Source of the DNA: Octopus bimaculoides
Lineage: Eukaryota
Reading direction: 5' to 3'
Length of the DNA: 64,000 nucleotides
Assembly: GCF_001194135.2 (NCBI RefSeq)
Contig: NC_068981.1
Span: forward strand, 167,243,218 to 167,307,217
In this document: positions 52,031 through 64,000 of the stretch, piece by piece
Layout: each line of letters begins with the position of its first letter
Position numbering within the stretch: position 1 is the stretch's first letter
Notes under the pieces: model-generated
What the model saw: the letters and a program-made list of their open reading frames with translations, nothing else
Told to the model about the DNA's origin: nothing
The model's database searches: none
Translations under genes and position numbers: made by a program

Positions 52031-52649
52031 GAATCCTGCAACGGAATCTTGTGATCTTGGCCACTTATACGCTATGAAAATCAACCGGCCTTATGAATCC
52101 CAGGACTCGAGAAAAATGTTTACTAATTTGTTATTAGCTATTCTTTATCAAGTTGTTTTCCAATCAATTAGAATGTTATTTTTATTGTTATTATGCATTC
52201 ATAAATTATTCAGTCTTCATAATGGAACATAATAGTGACTATTTTATAATGTACTATATAGTAAAGCTGGTATAATATTCTGACGAGACTGGAGGTAAAT
52301 GGATAAAAGTACCACTAAAGTCAGAATGAGAGTGCAAGGGTCAAGCTTTTCACTCCTCTGTACGTCGCGGAGAGAGGGAATGAGTTTACCATTTGTATTT
52401 TATAATTCATTGTTATCACAATATCATTTACTTTCTACGTATTCCGTATAATTTAAAGTTTTTGATATTCAAATACAAAATGTACTTTTAGTAATATCGG
52501 TATCTTTTCCGATCGTTGGGAAGCTAAGAATCACAAAATATTAAAGAAGTAATTTCAGTGGTGTGCGAATCATGGTCTCATGCTAGGTGTGACACTTGTA
52601 TCAATATCACAGAATTTATTGGGTCCACCACAGAATCCAATCCTCGTGA

Positions 52650-52920
52650 CCTGTGTGCTTCAATGACTCTGAGAGCTACGTCAGCGGTGCACAAGCTCCT
52701 GATAGGTCCTCCCATGCTGAACAGATCAAAGGATAGCGGCCAAATTAATATGGACCAGCTCTCTCCAGAAGTAAAAATGGGTTTGTGTGGAGCCAGCATC
52801 CCTACCTAGAGAAAGGTAACGTAAAAGAAACATGGATGACAATTCAAAACTAAAAGGGCCTGATGGAGGTGTAAGCCCAGAGTTGAGAACAGTACAGAAA
52901 AGTCGTCGGTGGTCTATTTC
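52650..52920 (+). mobile_element. Possible RTE-type 5' UTR relic
   Basis: AATGACTCTGAGAGCTA...GCTCCTGATAGGTCCTCCCATGCTGAACAGATCAAAGG resembles RTE 5' UTRs as I recall them; no coding support. Confidence 0.35.
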
Positions 52921-53729
52921 CCAAAGGGAGAGAAGAGCTTAAGCAAAGTGAAGTAAATTTCACCCCACATTGGAAGTGATGAAACAAAAATTCTGTTGCT
53001 ATACATCTATATTCCTCATACCTCAATCATAAGCTTGTGAATACCATCTTGTTTTTCTTTTCTTAGCATAAAAATTCTACAATTGAACCATGCCTCTTCC
53101 TCACAGTGAAGTTATTTTTTATTCAAGCACTGTTGTTACCATTAACGAATCAATGTAGTATAGATAGGCGTACTAGTGGGGCCGTATGCCCTATTCGAGT
53201 GAAATGGTTTATTTTATTTTTTATTTAAATTGAAAAATAAGTTGTGAACTTTCATGTCAAGTATTTTTGCTGTAAACATTTTCGCTGTACTTATTTTCGC
53301 CGTAAACACATTTTCCCAAACAAGTTTGTCGTAGATATTTTCACCGTAAACATTTTTGTGTCAGGTATCTTTGTCTCAATATCTAAAGCACAACAAGTTT
53401 AGCTTGCTTCAATTTATAGTCTAATTCGAAGTCCACTTCTTAGAAACAAAGTATCTTGGTTGCCAAATTGAAAGAAAAGAAAAACATTGGGCGATTCGGA
53501 ATTGTTTGCATAAAAGCAGTGCTTTACATTTCGGTATCTCAGCGAGCCGGTTAAATTTCGCCAACTCATCACTGAGTATAAATATTTGTAGATGCTTTTG
53601 ATTCTGTTGTGAAACTGTGAAACGCATATAGGATGCTCACAGATCATGTCGAAAATGCTTTTTGCTTGAGTGTTCATCAAAAACACGAGGTGTTTTAGAT
53701 ATTAGATTCATATAATGATTTTTGATTTA

Positions 53730-53900
53730 AGCACAAAGCCAGCAGTTTTGAGGGAAGGGGTAGTAGTCGATACCATCTATCCTGTATAAGGCAGATCCTT
53801 TATTTTATCGACCTTGGAAGATTTAAATTTAGAACGTAAAGAGCCAAAACGAATGCCGCAAAGCGTTTTTCGACTATCTAACGATTTTGCCTGCTCGCCA
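53730..53900 (-). mobile_element. SINE family A, diverged
   Basis: Reverse-complement blocks GCACAAAGCC, TTTATTTTATCGACC, AGAACGTAAAGAG, CTAACGATTTTGCCTGCTCGCC. Confidence 0.75.
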
Positions 53901-54329
53901 ATTTATTAGATTCATATAATGAACCGAGATCCATAGACTCTTTTAACGAGTTGGCTATGAACATGTTACTATGAACATATTACTGTATTTTGAGAATAAA
54001 AATGCATATTTAAAGCATATTTAAGAGATCAAAAGTTTGTTAGAAGATCTCTTCATTCATCTTGCGATCCTTACGCATAATTCTAGATGCAGCCTTTCAG
54101 TTTATCAATTTCCCAAAATCCATTTCTTTCACTGCTGTAGATTACACACTGTCTGTAGACCTGTTGTTTATTTTTAATTTAACCTGTGGCATTCAGTAAA
54201 GTTTATTCACCCCAACAGATATAGTTAAAAATAAAGATAAACATGTCTATGTTTTTATTTATGGAAATACTTGATTTATAGGAATCCTTGACTCATTGTT
54301 TTTAAGCAGAATTTTGTGCTAGTCAAGGG

Positions 54330-54613
54330 TGTCAAAAAAAGAGTGTACTAGGATTCATATATTCAATATAGATTCATATCTATTATCATCGAAGGAGGAG
54401 AATGATCTTAGTGTGGCGAATATTTGTCGAATGATTGATTCTACGGTATCAACAGAATTAAGGCAACGTTTGCAGAATGTTCATCTGTACAAGGACAAAT
54501 GTTGTTTTGAATATCATGAGAATGGGCTCAAAAAGATGAGACTGGATTTAACGAGGGTCATTTTAAAAAATAAACCAAAAGGTTATTAATGATTGCTTCT
54601 AATAGTGTAGCAC

Positions 54614-54692
<79 letters not shown>

Positions 54693-55815
54693 TTGTATAG
54701 TTAGAGAAACATCAATCAAAATTTGTGTTCTGAAAATGGTGAAAATTGTATTGGGAAATGTGATGACAATTTTTCACTATCAAACGTTATTGTTTAAAAA
54801 AGGATATGCGTTATGGTCAATAACAACAAGGATCGAGTAGTGAAGGAATCTGCATCATTTGACTTTTATTTTCAATGACATCATATTGTCTGGTGCTGGT
54901 ACTACACGCAAGATATTCTCAGTCAGGCAAATTTAAAGAGGGCTTTCTCTTTTGTTCTTCTCTCGAAACAATTACCAAACCGAAATATTTTGGAAAGGGT
55001 TTGGTTTATCGTACATGGAATCAAAAAAATTGCTGTGAGCTGATGTTCGTGGATGTTGTATAGACTCACTAGTGCCTGAGGAGCCATCATCAGACATTAA
55101 CATCAAAAACACTCTCAGTTTCACTAAGGAATTTAAATGTGAATTTTGTTACAGAAAGGATTTCAAGACTTTCCAAACAGTTGTGTATTGAGATGAATGT
55201 AAACTATCATTTGCTTATTTCCCATACATTTGCGATGACTTGCTTGAAAAAATATAACAGGACGAGTATTTGAAGGTAGAGATAAACTGAAACTATTTTT
55301 TGAAGATGGAATTTTTTGTTTGCCTGAACGATGTGTCGTGTGCTTTGCCTTGATATTTTTGGGCAACTGAACAAACTGACCCTTTAGATGCAAGGTTGGA
55401 ATGCAACCTCGAAATAATTCATTGATTCTTTGAAAGCTTTTATGAGAGAGCTGGGAAACTGTAAGGGCAGGGTCTGTATAAAAAATGTCAACAGTGCTTG
55501 AGAAACCGTCATCAGTTCTTGCTGCCGTTGATGAAGATCAAATGATTTCAAAATTTGGGAAAAACAAACAAACAAACAAACAAAAAAGAATTTTGCTGCA
55601 TTTGACAGCACTATTTCTAGTGAATGAATTCAACAGCTATTAAAAAAAATAATAATTGATAACTTTATGCACCAACATAACTTTGTTGCAAATGAAAACG
55701 AAGCAACGAAATAGATCAGAAGTTTGAAAATGATCTGTGCTGTGCAGTTTTTCAAGCAGCTTTACGCATATCTAAGAATTGGTGAAGAAAAGTAAATCAC
55801 AGGCTTTCCATTGAC
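54330..55815 (+). mobile_element. hAT (Charlie/Buster, ZBED5-like) transposase relic, with (GA)n inserted at 54616-54690
   Basis: Motifs in the expected order: YIQYRF..LRQRLQNVH..LKKMRLD; ETSIKICVLKMVKIVLG; LHARY..KEGFLFCSSLETIT; QLCIEM..LLISHT..RVFE.RD; DIFGQLNKL..MQG; MKTKQRNR..ENDL; ending SQAFH*. Confidence 0.85.
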
Positions 55816-56169
55816 TGCAGTCTTCTCCTGAAAAAAAATGCCTTACAATACTCTGGCATTCTAATAAATTTCTTTTGTTTACTCAAGTATAATTCAATAA
55901 ATTTAATCTGTTAAGCAATTACTTACGAATATTGTAAAATAGGTTTTAAAATTTATCAACATTTATCTATTGTAATTAAATTTGCAAAACGTAATTACAA
56001 AATGGATTCAGGTAAATGTATATGTACTAATATCATTTGTGCCTTTGGTATGTTTCAGCAACATTACTAAGTACAGTGGAAACCAGACCATTACACTCGA
56101 AGCACACTGAATCATAATACTTTACGTGGATCTCTAAAGTCAATAGTACCAGACAGTAAATAAAGAACA

Positions 56170-56880
56170 GGTGATGAAGCGCGTAATAGGAGAAAAGGAC
56201 AAAAATGAAATACAAAGAGAGCATATCAGACAGCGAAAAGAAACCTCTGCATGGCTAATTTTGGAGAGCCACTGAAGACACATGTGGAACAAAATCCTGG
56301 AATTTGTTAAAAAAGAAACGGAGCTTAAGTGTAGCAGCCCGAGATGAAGCGGTAAAAACAAACAACTTGAGAAAAAATATATATGGAGAGAATGTGTTAG
56401 AAAAATGTACAGCCTGTGGAACTTGGAACGTGACAGTGATACACACTGTTGCAGAATGCCCCAAGCTGGCAAAGGAAGATTATAAGAAACTGAGGCACGA
56501 CCAGGTCGTAAAGGTTTTACACTGGAAACTATGTCAGAAATGGGGATTTGAAGCTTGAAACACACGGTACAATCATCGAGTCGAAAGAGTACTGGAGTCG
56601 GAGAAATGTAAGATTTTGTGGGACTTTCCTATTCAAACGGACAAGAAGTTATAAAATGATAGGCTAGACATGGCAATTATAGATTAGGAAAAGCGAAGTG
56701 GCTTACATATCGGCCCATCAGTATTGATTCCAGGATCGTAAAGAGAGGGGAAGGAAAACAAAGCAAAAAGAAAAAAAAATAATGCAATCTCTTAAAATTT
56801 GAAATAGGAAGAATTTGGAGTATGCGTACAGTAAAGGTCGTACCTATAATAATTGGTGAGTTAGGAACAATAACCAAAAC
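56170..56880 (+). mobile_element. RLE-type (R4/Dong-like) LINE relic
   Basis: KPLHG..VAARDEAVKTN..CTACG..TVIHTVAEC (CCHC knuckle)..RHDQVVKVLHWKLC..KILWDFPIQTD..RLDMAIID..VPIIIGELGTI. Confidence 0.9.
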
Positions 56881-59467
56881 AACATGGTTTCGAAGCAAAC
56901 TTCTTAACCATACAGCTATGTATGTTATTAGTTCTATCAGTTTCGGAGGAATAACGAATAAAGTCTACCCGGGTAGGATTTGTACTGCACTCATATATGG
57001 CTACGTTATTTTATCAGTTGTTATTGTCTAACTTCCTTTACAATTGAAAATATGATGATATTGGTCAACTGGTCTTTCGGATAATTTACTTAACTGACTT
57101 TCTGTTACTTTGCCCAGATACATAGTAAGGCTTTAATAACTAAAATGAAAGTTTTAGAAACTCTCGTTAATTACACACTATTCTCGCTGTTCACTCATGA
57201 AACATATTGCCTCCTGTGGCGCAAGACAAATGGTTAGCCTGTGATTACATAAGCAATAAAATGGCCTGCATTTTCCTCTAATACGATTCTACAAGAAACC
57301 ATTTACCATTTTGTAAATGATAGGTTTCTGGAATATTCGCGATTGTGAAATAGCTACATTTGTTGGTGAATTCATTTTATCTATAGTAATTATAATACAT
57401 AACACGAAATTCCTGAAGTTATAAGCGAACAGCATGACCAGTCAAGCAGATAATTTGATTTTCTAGTGAATAATTAATTATTTTTACAGCGAAGAACGTA
57501 TTCTAAGGAAGTAAATTTACTGTTCAAGCGTTTCATAAATAAAACGAATGTTACTGAGCAGGGATATATTTGGCACTGTAGCTTAATATCTGTTTTATCT
57601 TCAATGACGATTCTGAACAATACAATTGAAGTTCACATAAATCGTTGTGGTGTTTATCAGATTTTTCGAGACCAGTTTTGTGTTTACAGAACCCTCACCT
57701 TTTGGCCATTAATTAATATTTATTTGATATCGAAGATTTATTTTGGTTTTAATTTCTTTTCATTTTACATTTTTTCATATTTTCCAGTACTCAGTCTCCT
57801 CTAGTGAAGGTCATTGAAGAAAGTAAAAGTGACAATGATAACTAGCGACCTCTATTTTATTAAAATGGGCGAAAGAAATCAATAAAATAGAAATATGAAT
57901 CAGTATAAAAATCTAGTGATTCAAGGCCGGACTACACTATTATTCAATTAATTTAATACATGTTTTACAAAGCAGTCATTTCAACACAATTGAATTAGTA
58001 AACTATTACTTGTTACTGCTTTGGACAGTCATCTTTAGATCATGACAACCTTTATGCTGTTTTCATTTCTTGCTAATTTCAATTCCATCATTTTTCAACG
58101 AATTTTGACGTGAATTGTTTTTCTTCCAATCTCGTTAATTGTGCTCTTTCTATCATACTAAATTTCTTTGAAAATTGCGTACTATATGCACACTTTAAAT
58201 CGGAGGAGTGTCTCCCTTAATTATTCCATTTTTCTTTATATTTTCCCGTCAAACATTAATCTCCAACCTCTCAAACTCGGACTGAACTGCTACAAATTTT
58301 CGCGACCTTTCTCATCATTTCAGTCGTACAGAATAATCCCTTGCTATGGGAACTTGAGTCTCTCTCAAATTTGGGACGAAGTGATACAAAACTACAAATT
58401 CGAGCATTGCCAGTTGTCTGTTTGTGAGCAATAACCGCACTAAGAGACGCGTTTTCAATCAAAATATTTCAAGAAGAAATTCTCTGAACGCTATAGTCTT
58501 ACAAAAATAGCATGACTTGTCTGGACAGAGATAAATTCATGTCAATGCAATGAAAGGTTAGAAGCTGTAATAAAAAAATTAAAAAAAAAAGCAGAAATCA
58601 TTGGACACTTCAATACTAAAAACGTCAAATATTCAAATTTTTTAAAGCAAACAAACCAATTAAAAAGAAAAGAATCGGAAAAGCCTTACAGTTATTCTCT
58701 TGAATTTAATCCTGCTCTTCGATCATTGAGAAGACAGGCATAGCTTTAGTTGTATATATACTTAATTCCAATTCTCAGCGGTGTAGTGATTAACGTCTGA
58801 AATGATGTGAAAATTGTGTCGAATCATGCAATTATAAATGTTTAATCTTCGTCAAATTAACATAAAGCTACTCGAGAAATTCTTGCGAGATTTATTTCAC
58901 ACTGTTTTTAACTCATTGGTTTATATATATTCTTAATTTACAGACTGAAGCTAAATGTAGTTTAAAAAATGTAATTATTGTATAACGAGCGTGTTGACTT
59001 TTGACTTAGATGAATAAATATATCGCTTACTCAAGTAGTTGTACCGAACACTTTTTCTTGAATCTGTCAACGGGTTACACCTCCTCGTCAAAATTTAATG
59101 ACTTATTTTAGATAAATGAGAAAGTTCGTTGTTACTGCTTTTGCTTTAGAATTGATCAGTAAGTATTGTTCATAGTTTAACTATACCTGATTAAATGATA
59201 CTCTGAATAAATATAACTATTTCCTGTATAGCTACAGGGCCAAAAATTAATAGATGAGGGGAAATGAGATTAAATGATACATGTCACCTTCTTTGGGAGT
59301 TTAGTAACCTGTTATTAAAATACTGAATTCCTTTTCACTAAAAAGTTTCACTGGAAGTAACTGGAATTGAGGATATCCAACACTTTTTCTCCAGCAAGTC
59401 ATTGAAATAATATATCTAAAGATCTGTTGAATGGATGCTTATCCATACCCCACATCACACATGTTAA

Positions 59468-59541
<74 letters not shown>

Positions 59542-59954
59542 CTTCTTACGAGGTGCAATGACTTAGAGTTATATGGATCGGTCTTCATGCTTTTTCTTAG
59601 GACATTAGCGCGTCACTTTCCCTTCGTGTGAAGAACATACAATTAACATCTTCAAAATTGCTGTAAATGATGAGGTTACACGATTCTTAATAATTCACAC
59701 CGCCTTTCCATATATTACATATTTCAGCTCTGATCATTTGCTGACAATCTACAAAGATCAAATTCCACGTTAGATTACTTCTCATATATGTGTGACAAGT
59801 CTTAATGATGGACTTAAAACATCGTTGATGCCATCCCCGCGCTTCTCTGTGTCTTTGTTTCTATCTCCCCCTTTCACCCAGACGCACACAATGCCATTTC
59901 ACCCACTGGCAAAGTTATCTCTTTAACCTGCTAAAACTACTATTAGCTGTTTTC

Positions 59955-60135
59955 CTTCTTTGTTTTTTCCCTCCTATAATGACCTCCACAACTCTGAATT
60001 AGCTTACTGCGTACATCTCCCGCTTAACCGCATTTGCTGCCCTCACCTCTTCTCTTTTACCTCCTCTATAATACCACACTTCAAGTCTCGACTTAAATAC
60101 TTCGTGCAATCTTTAATCTTCAGCTTATGTTTTCC
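59955..60135 (+). mobile_element. Possible CR1/L2-group LINE 3' relic
   Basis: YNDLHNSELAYCVHLPLNR...QSLIF resembles the Y-x-G-x-C-S-SEL-x-x-C-V-P pattern at 12870. Confidence 0.4.
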
Positions 60136-60544
60136 AAGCAGTAGAAATAAAAACCAAGTATTTCTGTTAAAAAAAAAATTGAATAGACAAAGAGGCAGAA
60201 TGGCCACATGTACAATATCTTTGATCATAGCGATGCTTAATCAGGGAAGACCTTGGGCTAAATAATAGTAACAAACAGAATAATCAGAAAGGCTTAATAT
60301 GGAGGTTTGTGATGCTACTTCTGTCGCAACTAAATAATGATTTCTTAGACATGAGAACAGAATTTACTATTATTTTTTGTGAGCAGTCAAGTACAAGAAC
60401 CGCGGCACTTGAATGATACTTATTTCACAGATTGAGGAAAAGCAAAATCGATTTTAGAGGGGTATGAACTTCAAGCATATCCTGCACACCCCTGACGTAG
60501 AACTTCACGTCACTATGGTGAACCAAATGCGCTGAATTAGCTGT

Positions 60545-60965
60545 GTAGGTCAGAGCGGTAGGAAAAATAATTTTCAGTATTTGTTCCAACTTCTTACGTT
60601 CTGAGTTCAAATCCTACTATCATCAACTTTGTCTTCCATCTTAACTGTGTCGATAAACTAAAGTACCAGTCAAGTACTAAGGCCAATGGTATCGACTAGC
60701 CCACCACTCACTCTAAGTTTCAGACTTAATGCTCATGTTAGAGATAAATGTAAAGTTGTACTTGGAGGCGGTGGGTAGGTAGAATCTGTTGACAAACAAA
60801 ATGTCTTTCTTTCGGTTCTTAGTTACACATCTTTATGCCACGAGTTCAAATCCCGCTGTGTTCGACTTTACCTTTCATCCTTAAGTGGTTGATAAAATAA
60901 GCACTAGTTGAGTATTGGAGTCAATATAACTGGCTATATCCAGTCCCTACATTTAAGGCTTTATG
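60545..60965 (+). mobile_element. Two adjacent degenerate SINE family A copies
   Basis: CTGAGTTCAAATCC..GTCGATAAACTAAAGTACCAGT (~60600-60670) and GAGTTCAAATCCCGCTG..GATAAAATAAGCACTAGTTGAG (~60842-60912). Confidence 0.7.
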
Positions 60966-61820
60966 CATCAAATGTGAAACAATCAATATTAAGGTTGCCT
61001 GTCAGCAGAAGCAGAGTACCAGACAATACTTTATAGAATTTATTTACTCACGTTCTGTATCTAAGTAGAGTTAAGTCTGTTCTTCATCACCGCTACCGTG
61101 GGCTTCGATGCGCTTGTGATAGTGTTCCAAAGCCAAAAATTAATCTACATTATGGTAAAGGCCGTGTTTCTTTAATCCTATATTCGTCTTGTCCGCCCGT
61201 CTGTCCGCCCGTCTGTCCGTCACACGCTGTTCTCAGATCAAGATTATTATTTTCAAGCAATTGAAATAATAATGAAATAATAAAACAATAGTGAATTTAT
61301 TCAATTTATTCATTGAATCCATATTTGCAACACAAGAAAATATAAATTTTGTGTTTTAATTTTGGTCAAAGTTTGTTTTTACATCGCATGCCACAGAAAA
61401 ATAATGGCCATGAGATATTTCACTCTTAAATAACACAATAGACTGTGTGATGAAAGGTATTAAAAGCAACGAAATCTTCAGTAGGTAAGACTATTTCAAT
61501 ATATTGAATGCAGTTTGAGCTGGGTTAACTATTTTACAAATGTCTTCAGTCAATAAAATAGCCAGTTCTGTTGTTTCTAAGGTGAATATAATACTTTCCA
61601 CTTAAATACTTGTAAATAAACAACAGTTTTGAAATTAAGAAAATACCCATGAGAACATTCCTTATCATGAATAAAAATAATTCACTAAAACTTTTCTGTT
61701 ACCATTTTGTATATAAGGAAGTTTTGGCTAAGTTTATATCACTGAAATGTTATGTTCATTGTGTAGACAAAATTCCCCTTGATATTCATCAGCCGCCATA
61801 AATAGCAGTTTCAAATATTA

Positions 61821-62010
61821 GCACAAGGTCAGCAATTTCCGAGGAGGGCTTAAGTCAGTTACATCGACCCCAGTGTTCAACTGGTACTTATTTTATCGCA
61901 GACAAAAGGCAAAGTTGACTTCGTCGGAATTTGAACTCAGAACATAAACGCACACGAAATGCCGCTAAGCATTTTGCACGGCGTGCCAACTATTCTGCCA
62001 GCTCACCGCC
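61821..62010 (-). mobile_element. SINE family A, near full length
   Basis: Reverse complement begins GGCGGTGAGCTGGCAGAATAG and contains GAGTTCAAATTCCGACGAAGTCAAC. Confidence 0.88.
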
Positions 62011-64000
62011 CTGTCAGATGTCCTGAATATTGCTAACATACATGCTCACATACATTCACAAATGTAAAATCTTTTATATGGCTACCCAAAATGCTAGAAA
62101 TAGTAGCCGAATCACCTTTAAATCAACCAGAACGATACAATATAATGATGAAAACAGAATTCGATCGATTCAAATTTCATCTCTTCAGTGTAGATAAAAT
62201 GAAGAACGTTAACGTACGCGAACTGAATTAATCGGCTATACTCTTCCACTCACTCAAAATAGCTTGTAACAAAATCAAAATCATTATTTTTAATTGCTCC
62301 GTGGCAGTGTTGTGCTACTGTTTCGGTCTGACCTCGATCTAAGTGGTAATTGGAAAGGCAAATGCATAAAAATTTATTTTCAGATTCTTCTGAATTGTAT
62401 GAAAAACTTTTTGTGTCTAAAATAAGGATTGAGTTAAATTTGACTTAAACAGAAATATATATGAATTTCCCAATTTTAATAACTTAAGTATTAGACTGTA
62501 TTAGAATATCCACTCGTGGACTATAATTCGAAACCAATGCCGTTGATCTTTCTATTTCAGCACAGATCACATAAATCTACAATATTTTGGTTTATCTAGC
62601 TGCATTTTGGCTTCGGACAACACAATGTCAACTGGCGTTTGTGTTACGCAAATTTTTTGATGTGATGAATGTTGGCCTCCTAGGTGTAGTTCGTTTGGCA
62701 ACTACCCATTACCGAAAATCTGTATGGCTACCTCGTAAAGTTCTCGTACATAAGCTGTAGAGGAGACGTTCTGGAATTTTCTGTAATAAATTCCACAGGA
62801 AATTTTAATATTTCACAATTTAATTTTACACAATCAGTATGTTCACTGTGAAAAAAATTAGTGTGTTCAGAGGAGCCCCGCCGGCTTGCATACGAAAAGC
62901 ATGGAATGATGGTCGTATATATGTAGAATATTCTTTAAAATGTAATAATTAAACTTTAAAATCTGAGAAGCTTTAGTTCTTTGTTTCAAATAAGAAAAAA
63001 AATAGAACCAATTTCTGTTTGCCATAGACCAAATCTGTCACTCGTATTTCTACTACAACTTGATCTTCGGGTATATTTAGCGGAGTACAATTTATTGCAA
63101 ATATCCGGACTCGTGCATCGGGGCTGAAAATATCGAGATCTTTCTGCCTTTCTGCCACTATTTTCGAATCCATGCAAAAAGGGTAATATCAATAATATTT
63201 ACTTCCTCTAAAAACGCCATAAAAAGTAAATATATATGCACGGTGGTGCATCAGCATGGCCGCAGCTCTGAGCTGAAACTTTGAAATGAAATATATATAT
63301 ATAAACATTTTGCTTTGTGACTAGGTCTATTTCAACTGTTCCAATACTACTAAATGCCACACTTTTGGATAAGAGAGTAAAACAAAACGATATGATCAAT
63401 GGGTTTCTTCTTGGTTGCTAATATATATGAAAAACAAACAGTAGTTGTATTTATATTTAATCAACATGAAAGTTAAATTAGAAAATCGTCTTGGACTTTT
63501 TATTACCGATCAGCTTAATTAGTTAGCAGTCAATTCTTACGAACTTTTCAATTAACCAGTAACAAAATTGGTGTTTTACAACATTGTATTCCAGAACGAA
63601 CTGCATTAAGATTGCATAAGTCAGAGAAGACACGTTTATTACATTTTCTTGACGCAGCTAAATTTTATTAATGATATTTCAGTGTATTAATGACTTCTTG
63701 GCAACTAGTAATGCAAGATATAAACGAATCCCCCGCCCCACAAATGCACATACTCTCTCTCTCACACACATATGCGAGTGTTAAATTGTCGAACGAACGA
63801 GAGAAGTGTTGTAGAGTATATGGTTTATTGAAACTAAATGTTTATCTTGCTACTAGCGTTTCACGCCATTGCGGTCTCGCCTGAAGATCGCAGTGACGTG
63901 CAACACAATATGAAGGTTTAGATTTAACAAACTCCATACATACATACATACATACATACATACATACACACATGCATATATATATATATATATATATATA

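Noticed and set aside
58200-58600. Possible Tc1-like transposase end (..ERLEAVIKK)
   Set aside because: Only one short motif; catalytic motifs could not be recovered.
61143-61230. A|TCTAC... start with (GTCC/GCCC) repeats, resembling a non-autonomous Helitron 5' end
   Set aside because: No matching 3' hairpin-CTAG was found; too weak to call.
62973-63173. 66-aa minus-strand ORF (MDSKIVAERQ...VVVEIRVTDLVYGKQK) with protein-like composition
   Set aside because: No motif I can confidently assign and no clear splice context; a tBLASTn or RNA-seq check would settle it.

Overview
This is AT-rich, repeat-dense eukaryotic DNA with 10 assembly gaps, most flanked by microsatellites. The SINE families and the LINE/transposon mix look most like an octopod (Octopus-like) genome; this is inferred from repeat content, not from a database search. 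I found no supportable host protein-coding gene, rRNA, functional tRNA or CRISPR array. Most ORFs in the track are microsatellite or N-gap artefacts. All recognisable coding sequence is decayed transposon: a Helitron (Pif1 helicase half with an intact 3' hairpin-CTAG), a hAT Charlie/Buster transposase, a mariner fragment, a DD37D maT element interrupted by an RTE LINE, CR1-like 3' ends, and about nine restriction-like-endonuclease (RLE; R4/Dong-type and related) LINE relics, several bounded by (AAT)n. Three tRNA-derived SINE families, several MITEs and a recurrent ~600-bp non-coding element are also present. The most interesting signals are: (i) two ~290-bp, ~98% identical local copies pasted into RLE-LINE relics, each replacing about 30-35 bp of the host; (ii) the ~600-bp (AAT)n-bounded element, which may be a non-autonomous partner of the RLE LINEs; (iii) two minimal hammerhead-ribozyme-like cores of Penelope type; (iv) long inverted repeats able to form dsRNA; (v) head-to-head TTAGGG/CCCTAA repeats.
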